Shown: positions 55,191 to 64,000 of the stretch, in pieces
Position numbering within the stretch: the stretch's first letter is position 1
Layout: each line of letters starts with the position of its first letter
From: Oceanispirochaeta sp.
Lineage (GTDB): Bacteria > Spirochaetota > Spirochaetia > DSM-2461
Assembly: GCA_963666275.2 (NCBI GenBank)
Contig: CAXXOA010000002.1
Coordinates: 1,568,001 to 1,632,000, forward strand
Length of the DNA stretch: 64,000 nucleotides
Reading direction: 5' to 3'
Notes under the pieces: model-generated
Database searches by the model: none
The model's input: the letters and a program-made list of their open reading frames with translations, nothing else
Told to the model about the DNA's origin: nothing
Translations under genes and position numbers: made by a program

Positions 55191-58040
55191 CTAATCGCTC
55201 TTTTTATTGAAATGACGGGAGAGAAAATTGGATAGTTCCTCTTTCTGGAAAGGCTTGGATATACTGTCAGTGAATCCGTAAGATCCCGGGAAGGCTATCA
55301 CGGCATCTTCTGAATATCCGCTGGACGCAAACAGTGGAAAATCATACCCCATTTCCCGGATTTTCTTCATTGTCTCAACACCACCCATGGCTCCCGGAAT
55401 CGTAAGGTCCAGAATCGCCGCATCAAAGGGGGCTTTATCTGAAGATCCATTGAGTATCTCCAGGACCTCTTCTCCACAGGATGCTTCGGTTACAGCAAAG
55501 TTCATGGACTCCAGCATATGCCTGAGAATCTCTCTGATATAATACTCATCGTCCATAATAAGCAGATGTCCTCCGCTTGTATATTTCTCCTTTTTTTCAG
55601 AGGAAAGCTGATGAGGCTTTTCTCCTACTGCGGGTAGGTAGAACCGAAAGGTCGTTCCCCGGGAGCTGCTGTTCACTTCAATGGCACCATCATGTTTTTC
55701 CAGAATGGAGTAACAGGTCGCCAGTCCCAGGCCGCTTCCCAGTTCTTTGGTTGTGAAAAAAGGGTCAAAAACCCGGGGAAGCACATCCGAAGGGATCCCG
55801 TGTCCAAAATCCTCTACGGAGATACAGACATAGTTTCCTGCCTTCAGAGACAGAAGGGAATCGGATTTGCTTAAGAATACATTCGCTCCGCGGACAATGA
55901 TGTTTCCCCCTTCGGGCATAGCCTGTATGGCGTTTATCAGCAGGTTATCCAGAACCTGACCGATCTGGTTACGGTCAAAACAGCAGGTATGCAAATCCTC
56001 TTCCAGATCAATCTGACAGGTGACGAATGATCCGCTCAGGGAAAAGTTCACCGAGTCCCGGACAAGAGAGGAGAGATCCCCGGTCTTCAGGTCCGGATGA
56101 TTTCCCTTGGAGAAGGTCAGGAGCTGCTGAGTCAGATCTCTCGTCCGGTTATAGACCTGAAAGGCCGATTCCAGGTACTTTTGTACCTTCTCATCCACAT
56201 TGTATGTCCGGGCCATTTCTATATACCCGAAGATTCCTGTAAGCAGATTGTTAAAGTCGTGGGCAATTCCTCCTGCCAGGAGTCCCAGAGATTCCAGGCG
56301 TTCAGCCCGCTGCATCCTGGTATGGAGCATCTGCTTTTCCGTGGTATCACGGAATACCAGAACCGTCCCGATAATTTTTCCATACCGGTCTTTTATGGGA
56401 GCTCCGCTATCGGCTATAATCCGTTCCGCCCCGTCTCTGGCCAGAAGCATCGTATGGTTGGCCAGTTCAATGGTCTCTCCCGATTGAAAAACCATGTCTA
56501 CAGGATTGGGACACAGGAGCCGGGTATACTCATCTACAATATGAAATACCTCCAGAAGAGGCTTTCCCCGGGCATCTGCTATGGGCCATCCCGTCAGATC
56601 TTCGGCAACGGGATTCATAAGTTGAACCATACCTCTTTCATCCGTCGTGATTACACCGTCTCCTATGCTGTGAAGGGTTACATCGAGTCTCTCTTTTTCC
56701 TGAAGAATGGAATTCTGGGCATTCTGAAATTCCGTAATATCATGGATGATTCCGAAAACTGTATTCTGATCTTCATTGAAAGCTGCTATGGAATGGATCT
56801 CCCTGATTTTTCCGTCAGAAGGGCGTTTTATCCGGAAGTTAATATCATATTCGGACTTTCCGGAGATAAGATCCACCAGTGCTTTGTCGAGAGAGGGGCG
56901 GTATTCCTGGAGAGGAATGGTCTGTACGACCTCCATATCCATGCTGTCCTGATCGACTCCATAAATGTTCAGAGCCCCTTTTGAAGCATGAAATTCCCTG
57001 CTGTCGAGGTTGAGTTCCCAGTGACCGAAATTGGCTATCAGTTCGGCCTTTTCCAGCTGATATTCATTTTTTTTCAGCTGCCTGTCTTTCTCAATCCGTT
57101 CAGTGACATCATGAATAATGGAAATGATCACAGAGAAGTTTCTGTTCTGAATCAGATTGGAATGGACTTCTACCTCCCGGCAGGTTCCGTCAGCCAGGGA
57201 ATGAACAGCCTGGAATGAATGAAGATTGTCTTTATTTACATTGCGGATATTGCTTTCTATCGTCCTGCTTTCGGAAGTATTGATTTGATAGACTGTCATG
57301 GTTTTGAGCTTTTCAAGAGACCATCCATAAAAGTCTGCAGCGGCTTTGTTTGCATCCAGGATAGCGCCGGTTTCAGGATCCACAAGCAATATGACCGAGT
57401 AGTTGTCCCGGAAAAGGCTGCTGTAGAGATCGTTGCTTTCAATCAGTTCCATTGTCAGCTTTCGGAAACCGATCTGGGTTACCATGATCTTTCCTACCAG
57501 AGCTGTTATCAGGGGGTATATAACCAGAAAGGGAAAGAGTGTTCCCCTGACAACAGTCATGTTCTGGGGGCTGGGGAGGAACAGGTAGAAAATGAGCAGT
57601 GTCACAACCTGTACGGAAAGACCGAAATATATATTTTTTTTCCAGTTCCAGGAGGTTAATTCTTTCATTAGGAAATACCGGGCGGTCACACCGATTGATC
57701 CGGATGCCAGTATGGTAAGAACACCAGCTGTCATTCCGGTTCCTCCGAGGATCATACGGTATGTTCCGGAAACTGCACAGGCTACGGCCGTAGGCAGAGC
57801 TCCCATATAGAGTCCTGAAATACTGAGGAGTATCGTTCTGCTGTCAAAAATCAGCCCGGGTCTGAGTTCAAAACTTCTGCTCATGAGAATCAGGGCGATA
57901 CAACCGATCAGAAACCCCTGAATCATTTGTCTGGGCAATTGATTGTTCCCTTTTTTCTGCTGAATCAGATATTGTATGAAAACAAGAGAAATCAGAAGTG
58001 AAATATTACTCACAAGTTCCGAGAGCAGGGGAAAAAGCAT
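55191..58040 (-). CDS. Hybrid histidine kinase with LytS/YhcK 5TM sensor, three PAS domains and REC
   Basis: PGLIFDSR 5TM motif; PAS repeats; LAGGIAHDFNN; GSGLGL; REC IMDDE...DLTIPG. Confidence 0.92.
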   Translation of the reverse strand: MLFPLLSELVSNISLLISLVFIQYLIQQKKGNNQLPRQMIQGFLIGCIALILMSRSFELRPGLIFDSRTILLSISGLYMGALPTAVACAVSGTYRMILGGTGMTAGVLTILASGSIGVTARYFLMKELTSWNWKKNIYFGLSVQVVTLLIFYLFLPSPQNMTVVRGTLFPFLVIYPLITALVGKIMVTQIGFRKLTMELIESNDLYSSLFRDNYSVILLVDPETGAILDANKAAADFYGWSLEKLKTMTVYQINTSESRTIESNIRNVNKDNLHSFQAVHSLADGTCREVEVHSNLIQNRNFSVIISIIHDVTERIEKDRQLKKNEYQLEKAELIANFGHWELNLDSREFHASKGALNIYGVDQDSMDMEVVQTIPLQEYRPSLDKALVDLISGKSEYDINFRIKRPSDGKIREIHSIAAFNEDQNTVFGIIHDITEFQNAQNSILQEKERLDVTLHSIGDGVITTDERGMVQLMNPVAEDLTGWPIADARGKPLLEVFHIVDEYTRLLCPNPVDMVFQSGETIELANHTMLLARDGAERIIADSGAPIKDRYGKIIGTVLVFRDTTEKQMLHTRMQRAERLESLGLLAGGIAHDFNNLLTGIFGYIEMARTYNVDEKVQKYLESAFQVYNRTRDLTQQLLTFSKGNHPDLKTGDLSSLVRDSVNFSLSGSFVTCQIDLEEDLHTCCFDRNQIGQVLDNLLINAIQAMPEGGNIIVRGANVFLSKSDSLLSLKAGNYVCISVEDFGHGIPSDVLPRVFDPFFTTKELGSGLGLATCYSILEKHDGAIEVNSSSRGTTFRFYLPAVGEKPHQLSSEKKEKYTSGGHLLIMDDEYYIREILRHMLESMNFAVTEASCGEEVLEILNGSSDKAPFDAAILDLTIPGAMGGVETMKKIREMGYDFPLFASSGYSEDAVIAFPGSYGFTDSISKPFQKEELSNFLSRHFNKKSD

Positions 58041-58198
58041 AATTTCTCCTAGAAATCCGGTTGTTTTTACTTTAGCTTTCCGGTATCAATGCGTCAATTA
58101 CTATTCTTAATTATTAAGACGTGAAAAACAGTCAGGAAGACCTGAACCCGCCCATTCCTTCTCTTTTCGGAGTTCCCCTGATATACTCTTTAGGCAAT

Positions 58199-59146
58199 AT
58201 GAAAGAGAGCTATCAGAACTGCCGTATCTGCGGCAGAGACTGCGGAACAGACAGACAGAAAAGGACGGGCTGGTGCGGTCAGACCGACGTAATCCGCCTG
58301 GCCTGGGCGGGGCTCCACTTCGGAGAGGAACCTCCTGTGACAGGATCCGGGGGCAGTGGAACACTCTTTTTTTCGGGCTGTACCCTGGGCTGTCCCTTCT
58401 GTCAGAACTTTCAGATCAGCCGCTATGGAATGGGCCGGGAAGTAAGCCCTCGGGAGTTTATAGAAATCTGCCGGGCTCTGCAGGATGCAGGGGCGGAAAA
58501 CCTCAATCTGGTGACGCCCTCCCATTTTATCCCCTCTCTGGCGGAACTTCTTCTCCGGCTGAAAGAGCAGGGTGTCGATCTGCCTGTGGTATGGAATTCT
58601 TCAGGGCAGGAACTACCCGAGGCTCTGGATCTGGTTATCCCCCATATTGATATTTTTCTTCCGGATATGAAAACTCTGGACTCCCGGGTGGCCCGGGAAT
58701 ACTACCGCTTTGAAGATTACCCCCTCATCGCCCGGGCCTCTGTGGAGAGGATGATGGAAGCCCGGCCTCTGGAGCTGGACAGCCGGGGAGTTATGAAAAA
58801 AGGAGTTCTGCTGAGGCATCTGATCCTGCCGGGAGAGCTGGATTCCACACGGGAAGTTCTCGAGTGGTTTGCCCTGAAGGGAAAGGACAGGGCCCTCCTA
58901 TCGCTTATGAGTCAGTATACCCCTGTGAAAACCCCGGACTTTCCCGAGCCCCGGCCGGACAGGTATCTGAGCGAAGAGGAATACGATCAGGTTCTCTACT
59001 GGCTGTCTGAATATGATCTTGAGGAGGGATACATTCAGGAGCTGATCACAGGAAGCGACTGGCTTCCCGATTTTAATGAACCCCGGCCCTTTTCGTCCGA
59101 ACTCTCCCGGGCCCTTTGGCACTGGCGGGAGGGGTATCTGGTTTAA
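58199..59146 (+). CDS. pflX: PflX-like radical SAM protein
   Basis: CRICGRDCG, HFGEEPP, FFSGCTLGCPFCQN, NLNLVTP, RHLILPG. Start placed at ATG 58199. Confidence 0.85.
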   Translation: MKESYQNCRICGRDCGTDRQKRTGWCGQTDVIRLAWAGLHFGEEPPVTGSGGSGTLFFSGCTLGCPFCQNFQISRYGMGREVSPREFIEICRALQDAGAENLNLVTPSHFIPSLAELLLRLKEQGVDLPVVWNSSGQELPEALDLVIPHIDIFLPDMKTLDSRVAREYYRFEDYPLIARASVERMMEARPLELDSRGVMKKGVLLRHLILPGELDSTREVLEWFALKGKDRALLSLMSQYTPVKTPDFPEPRPDRYLSEEEYDQVLYWLSEYDLEEGYIQELITGSDWLPDFNEPRPFSSELSRALWHWREGYLV

Positions 59147-59176
59147 GTCGGCTGCTTCCCGGATCTTCTGTTTAGA

Positions 59177-61114
59177 TCACTCCAGCGTCGTATAGCTTAT
59201 GGGGGCTCTGTTACTGTCCGAAGGGGATCTAAGATCCTCCCCCGGCCCTGATTTCAATCGGAGTTGTTCCGGCGGATCACAGGAATAACGGTCCTGATCA
59301 GATGGATTACCCCCATCTTCCATTTGTTCCTCTGTCCGGGATATGGTGTAATGGTCCACACTGTCGTGTATGGCTTCAATGCTTGCTACCATTTCGCGGA
59401 CCCTGTCAAAAATGGAATTCATACTGGCCTGAACTTCCCGTGTTCCCATGCCTATTTCAGATACCGCCTGCTGAACCTGGACAGAAATTTCTTCGGTGCT
59501 TGCAATATGTTCTCCCACGTCTCTGCTCACTGTTTTCATATTATTCGTTGCTTCGCTGACTTCGGAACTGACTTCTGTCAGAAGGCTCACGGCCGATGCT
59601 ATTTCCGCCGATCCCGCGCTCATCTCTTCCATGGTGTGGGTTATCTCAACAAGGGCTGATATGACCTTCTCAACTTCCGTTCCTATAGCATTGAAGGCAT
59701 CGTTGGCCTGAGAAGTTTCATCTGTCAGATCCTGAATCTGCGTGATCGCCTGATTGATGATGTCACGAATCTGGATGGCGTTGCCTGCGGTATCTTCAGA
59801 AAGTTTCCGCATCTCGCCGGCAACAACCGCAAAACCCAGCCCCTGTTTTCCCGCATGGGCCGCTTCGATTGCGGCATTCATGGACAGAAGAGAGGATTTA
59901 CCGTTCACATCACTGATCAGTTTGGTGATTATATTCATCTGCTCTACCGACTCTGTGAGTTTTTCCGCTGCCCGGGTGGATGCTGTCAGCTTTGTACGTC
60001 CTGTTTCAAGGACATCCTGAAGAGCCCTGGCGGATTCACTCCTGTTACGGGTTGTTCTGGTGACATTGTCAATCGATCGGATCATCTGTTCCACCGATGC
60101 GGAGGACTGGGTTATCACACTTGCCTGCCGTTCCACCTGGTTTTCTAGTGACTCGGCAGTGGATGAGATCTGTTCCGAAGAGCTGATCAGTCCATTTATC
60201 ATTGACTCCAGCGAACCGGTCTGTCCGCGGATCGATTCCAGGTTGGAACCGATCTCTACCATCGCCGCCTGTGTTTCAGTCGCAGCAGCAACAAGGCCGT
60301 TCTGGACCTCCTCACTGTCTCTGGTGACTTCAGAGGAAATATCCTGTATACGTCCGATAATATGACTCAGAGATTCGATCAGCTGATGAATGGCAGATCC
60401 AAGATGCCTTATCTCAATAAGCTGGGAGGTAGGTATGGACTGTATGAGATTACCGTTCGCCAGAGCAAGAGCTGTTGTACTCAGTTTTTCAATAGGTCTG
60501 GATATCCTTGATGTGGAAAAAAGGGCAAACAGGGAAGAAAGGACTATGGAGACCAGTATGGCAATCAGGGAGATCCGGTTCACAAACTTAAGATTGTTAT
60601 GGATATCGAAGGCACCCAGAGCCACGGCGTCGAATGACTCGGACCGGAGATTTTCTACAAGATCCGAAGCTTCCTCTGCTATTGCCCCGAAATCTTCCAG
60701 AAGATAAAAACCTTCATCCTCATCTCCTGCATTGAAGGCCGCGGTCATTTCAAGACCGGCGTTGAACATCTCTTCAAAAAGCAGCTGCATGTCGTTCAGT
60801 TGGGTCAGCTGTTCTCCCTCCGTTTCCTGTTCCAGGTTCTGAATGAGCTGCCGTACATCGGCAAAAATCTGATCAGCCCTGTCCAGTCCGAAAGAGTCTC
60901 CTGTCAACGCCGCATCGAGCATCCAGCGCTGGATGGATGTGATGGATAGGGCAATCTCTTCCATCCGGCTGGCCCTGGGCAGGGCATCTCTCCGTACGGA
61001 TTCGGTTGTTGCAATGCCCCGGCTGTTCAACACAATAGAAAAAAGAGCACTCGCGGCAAAAAGGCCGACCACAATGGCAAAAGATATAAAGAGTCGGGAT
61101 CGTATCCTGGTCAA
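59177..61114 (-). CDS. Methyl-accepting chemotaxis protein
   Basis: Two TM helices, periplasmic helical bundle, HAMP, LLSMNAAIEAAHAG..GFAVVAGEMRKLSE. Confidence 0.93.
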   Translation of the reverse strand: MTRIRSRLFISFAIVVGLFAASALFSIVLNSRGIATTESVRRDALPRASRMEEIALSITSIQRWMLDAALTGDSFGLDRADQIFADVRQLIQNLEQETEGEQLTQLNDMQLLFEEMFNAGLEMTAAFNAGDEDEGFYLLEDFGAIAEEASDLVENLRSESFDAVALGAFDIHNNLKFVNRISLIAILVSIVLSSLFALFSTSRISRPIEKLSTTALALANGNLIQSIPTSQLIEIRHLGSAIHQLIESLSHIIGRIQDISSEVTRDSEEVQNGLVAAATETQAAMVEIGSNLESIRGQTGSLESMINGLISSSEQISSTAESLENQVERQASVITQSSASVEQMIRSIDNVTRTTRNRSESARALQDVLETGRTKLTASTRAAEKLTESVEQMNIITKLISDVNGKSSLLSMNAAIEAAHAGKQGLGFAVVAGEMRKLSEDTAGNAIQIRDIINQAITQIQDLTDETSQANDAFNAIGTEVEKVISALVEITHTMEEMSAGSAEIASAVSLLTEVSSEVSEATNNMKTVSRDVGEHIASTEEISVQVQQAVSEIGMGTREVQASMNSIFDRVREMVASIEAIHDSVDHYTISRTEEQMEDGGNPSDQDRYSCDPPEQLRLKSGPGEDLRSPSDSNRAPISYTTLE

Positions 61115-61141
61115 TGTAATGTTCTCCCTTTTAAATAGATT

Positions 61142-61822
61142 CTAATTGGTGACAAGATCGCTAAGCTGGTCGAGAAGGGCATGGATTTCATGTACCGAGT
61201 CAACAATTCCGCTGGCATTTTCTCTTTTTAAGGCTTTTTCCAGTTCATTCAGGGCTTTGTCCACTTCATCAGCCAGAGCGGATACGCCGGAAATGGGCGA
61301 ATATTGTTCGATAATCTCTTCCCAGAATTCTTCGATCTCCTCGAGTTCGTCCCCGGCGCCGTCCCATTCTCCTTCTTCCAGGACTTCTTCTTTCAGTTCG
61401 TCAAACTGACGGTCCAGAAAATTGAGTAAAGGGGGCGTTCTGTAACTGAAGGAATCCATCAGCTTGAAGAGGTTCATGGAAATTTCAATCCGGGCTTCTT
61501 CGTACTCTTCACTGTCCGGTTTCTTCTGTTTCAGAGCATCTGCATACTCTTCCAGATCACTCAGCAGGGTTTTCAGCATGTTTCCGGCACCTGCTGAATT
61601 GATTTCACCGGCAATTTCCTCCAGTTTGGTCTGCATTTCGTCTATGCTTTCAAGAGCTTCATCGAACTCGCCTTCATCATGGGATTCTTCAATGGTGCGG
61701 ATGTTCTCTGATATGTATCTGAGACTGCGGGGCGGGCGTGGTTTCGAGCCGGACTGCGCATTGAGGGGAATGGCAGTAACAAAGAAAAATAAAAGAAAAG
61801 TTGTGAGTGTATTGTTTACCAT
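61142..61822 (-). CDS. Hypothetical secreted acidic all-helical protein
   Basis: Signal peptide (...IPLNA|Q); Glu/Asp-rich amphipathic helices; 27 bp upstream of the MCP gene. Confidence 0.7.
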   Translation of the reverse strand: MVNNTLTTFLLFFFVTAIPLNAQSGSKPRPPRSLRYISENIRTIEESHDEGEFDEALESIDEMQTKLEEIAGEINSAGAGNMLKTLLSDLEEYADALKQKKPDSEEYEEARIEISMNLFKLMDSFSYRTPPLLNFLDRQFDELKEEVLEEGEWDGAGDELEEIEEFWEEIIEQYSPISGVSALADEVDKALNELEKALKRENASGIVDSVHEIHALLDQLSDLVTN

Positions 61823-62208
61823 AAAAATTAATTATTGTTTACTCCATAAATGAATTCAAGAAAATTTATGGTTATAGATAAATTTATGTATTATAGCGGG
61901 TTAATATAGTTTGTGATTTTTGGTGATTGATTTTAAAAGTAGCCTTGAAAGATCGTTCTCTGCCTGAATTTTCCTCAGGTCCGGGAGGGCCCCGGCGGCA
62001 CCTGTTCTGTGGGATCCTTCCCACTCCTGAGAGCAGGATAAACGGGCTGTTGTCTGTGAAGGCCGTTCCTCTGTTCAAAGCTCTGTATAAAAGATTTTTA
62101 TCCCGGGGGGATGCTAAAAAATGCTTCCTGTGTAATGATAGTCATACCATAGTGAAACTGTATAGAATGATGATCAACATATGCCTGAAACCGAAAGGAT
62201 TATGACAG

Positions 62209-64000
62209 ATGTCCAGTAAATCAAAAAGGGTGCTGAAAAAAGAACTTGATCATTTCCCCATGAGATGGTTCATCCTTATTCTCTGCATAACATCTTTTAT
62301 GCTAATCCTGCTGGGAGATTTTTTCTGGAATTCCTACACCGAGTGGAAAGGGGCTTCATATAAAGTGATCCGTCTTCAGAAACTTATGGGAGATATCCGG
62401 ACCACCGATGAGATCCTCACTATGTCGGCCAGGATGGCCGCGTCTTCCGGTAATCTTGACTGGGAACAGCGCTATCTGAAGTACGAGCCCAGTCTGGATT
62501 ATGCCATCAAAGAGGCAATGCGGATTCTTCCTGACCCCGGGCTGAGAGAAGCTGTCTCCAAAACAGACGAAGCCAATTCGGCCCTGGTGGCAATGGAAAT
62601 GGAATCCTTTGAACTGCTGCATAATAACCGTCAGAAAGAGGCTGAAGCCCTGCTGTCCGGAAAAGAGTACGAAAGGCAGAAGCTCCTCTATCAGGAGGGG
62701 ATTCAGGAAGCCCTGAAGTATATGGAGGCGTATATTGAGAAGGCTGTGGCAGATCAGCAGAACCGGGCCCTTATCTCGCTCCTTTCTGTCGCCATTGTCT
62801 TTCTTCTCTCTCTGACTGCCTGGGTCTATATTCTGAAATACACCCTTTTATACCTTCATCAGCGTCAGAAGGCGGAGACTGATCTACGCCGGTCCGGGGA
62901 GTTCCTGGACAGTATCATCGAAAATCTTCCTGTTGCGGTATTTATTAAAAGCGCCGAAGACCTTCGGATCCTCAGAGTCAATAAAGCCGGAGAAGAGCTT
63001 CTCAATCTGCCCCGGGAGCAGATCCTGCACAAGTACGACAGAGATCTCTACGGAAAAAAAGTTGCGGAAAAATTCCTGAAAGAGGATCTTAAGGTTCTGA
63101 AAAGCAGAGCTCTGCTTGAGATCCCCGAGGTCAGGATGCATCTGGAACAGCGGGAAGAGAAGATCCTGCATATCAGAAAAATGCCCCTTCTCGACAGGGA
63201 GGGAAAGACCGAATACCTGCTCTGTCTTTCTGTGGATATCACAGAAACCCGGAGGGTGGAGGCTGAATTGAAGAGCATTGAAAAGGAGAGGATGAAAGCT
63301 CAGAAGCTGGAATCCATAGGCACCCTGGCGGGAGGAATCGCCCATGATTTTAACAATATGCTCCAGGGGCTCTTCGGCTATCTGTCTCTGGCGAAACTGA
63401 AGAAAGATGATCCTGCGGAGTGTGAAGCCATGCTGGATCAGGCGGAAGGTGTCCTGAGAAAGACTGTGGGACTGACAAACCAGCTCCTTACTTTTTCCAA
63501 GGGAGGGGCTCCGCTGAAGAGTACTCTTTCCCTCCTGCCGCTTATAGAACATGCGGCGGAGTTTGCTTTAAGCGGTTCCCCCTCAGACTTTGCGGTAGAG
63601 GCTGAAACCTCTCTGAAGCCTGTTGTGGGGGACGCCAATCAGATCCGGCAGGTTCTTCAGAATATTGTGCTGAACGCTGATCACTCCATGCCCGGAGGGG
63701 GGACTGTCAGTATCCATGTCAGGAACTTTCCTGTCAGCGAAAAAGATCTTCCCGAAGACCTTGAGTCGGGAGATTATGTGGAGATCTCAATCACCGACAG
63801 GGGCAGGGGGATTTCTCCTGAGATCCTGAACAGAATCTTTGATCCCTACTTTTCTACAAGCCCGAAAAACAGCGGTCTGGGTCTGGCTACGGCCTATTCG
63901 ATTGTTCAGAAACACAACGGCACGATCCAGGTTTCATCAGAGGTCGGAAAAGGGAGCACATTCCGCATTTATCTTCCTTCCCTGTCGGGGCACCAGGATC
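62209..64000 (+). CDS. Membrane PAS histidine kinase (3' end beyond window; absent from the ORF track)
   Basis: ATG 62209 after AAAGGA; TM helix; periplasmic DEILTMSARMAASSG motif; TM helix; PAS; LAGGIAHDFNN; DPYFSTS...GLGL. The frame runs off the window end. Confidence 0.88.
   Translation, partial: MSSKSKRVLKKELDHFPMRWFILILCITSFMLILLGDFFWNSYTEWKGASYKVIRLQKLMGDIRTTDEILTMSARMAASSGNLDWEQRYLKYEPSLDYAIKEAMRILPDPGLREAVSKTDEANSALVAMEMESFELLHNNRQKEAEALLSGKEYERQKLLYQEGIQEALKYMEAYIEKAVADQQNRALISLLSVAIVFLLSLTAWVYILKYTLLYLHQRQKAETDLRRSGEFLDSIIENLPVAVFIKSAEDLRILRVNKAGEELLNLPREQILHKYDRDLYGKKVAEKFLKEDLKVLKSRALLEIPEVRMHLEQREEKILHIRKMPLLDREGKTEYLLCLSVDITETRRVEAELKSIEKERMKAQKLESIGTLAGGIAHDFNNMLQGLFGYLSLAKLKKDDPAECEAMLDQAEGVLRKTVGLTNQLLTFSKGGAPLKSTLSLLPLIEHAAEFALSGSPSDFAVEAETSLKPVVGDANQIRQVLQNIVLNADHSMPGGGTVSIHVRNFPVSEKDLPEDLESGDYVEISITDRGRGISPEILNRIFDPYFSTSPKNSGLGLATAYSIVQKHNGTIQVSSEVGKGSTFRIYLPSLSGHQD

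Noticed and set aside
61927..62205. 92-aa ORF upstream of the last kinase
   Set aside because: No motif or RBS; overlaps probable regulatory DNA.
1..64000. CRISPR arrays, tRNA/rRNA, integrase, transposase, prophage genes
   Set aside because: No regularly spaced repeats, cloverleaf or rRNA signatures, and no recombinase or phage motifs seen by inspection. Very diverged elements could have been missed.

Overview
Gene-dense bacterial chromosome segment, most likely from a free-living spirochaete (Spirochaetaceae-like). This is inferred from the NusG-II/Gx genes, a Leptospira-type chpIK TA pair, the spirochaete-style MCP signature and many hybrid kinases. I found no rRNA, tRNA, CRISPR array, integrase or transposase. 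Positions 1-15.2 kb are housekeeping and metabolic: a PiT transporter, a yjdF gene behind a complete yjdF (azaaromatic) riboswitch, an ADP-forming acyl-CoA ligase, an MFS transporter, GcvR, an FHA-GGDEF cyclase, an acyltransferase, a run with two radical SAM genes, NusG-II/Gx/EcfT-like genes, and an RluA with no standard start codon. Positions ~15.2-32.8 kb form an accessory array of about 28 mostly short, nearly all co-oriented, functionally unrelated genes (two TA-type pairs, GNATs, VOCs, DinB, NUDIX, HD, TfoX, GFA, SDRs). Its left end is visibly AT-rich and holds eroded attC-like palindromes, and the array contains two broken genes, so it looks like a decaying cassette array. Positions 32.9-64 kb carry hybrid kinases, an APC-EIIA/CorA/DUF432/MscS cluster, a two-component system divergent from a MacAB-TolC-like exporter, a BoxC-like inverted repeat, GH4/LacI, PflX, an MCP and a PAS kinase cut by the window edge. 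All family calls come from motif recognition by eye, not from database searches.
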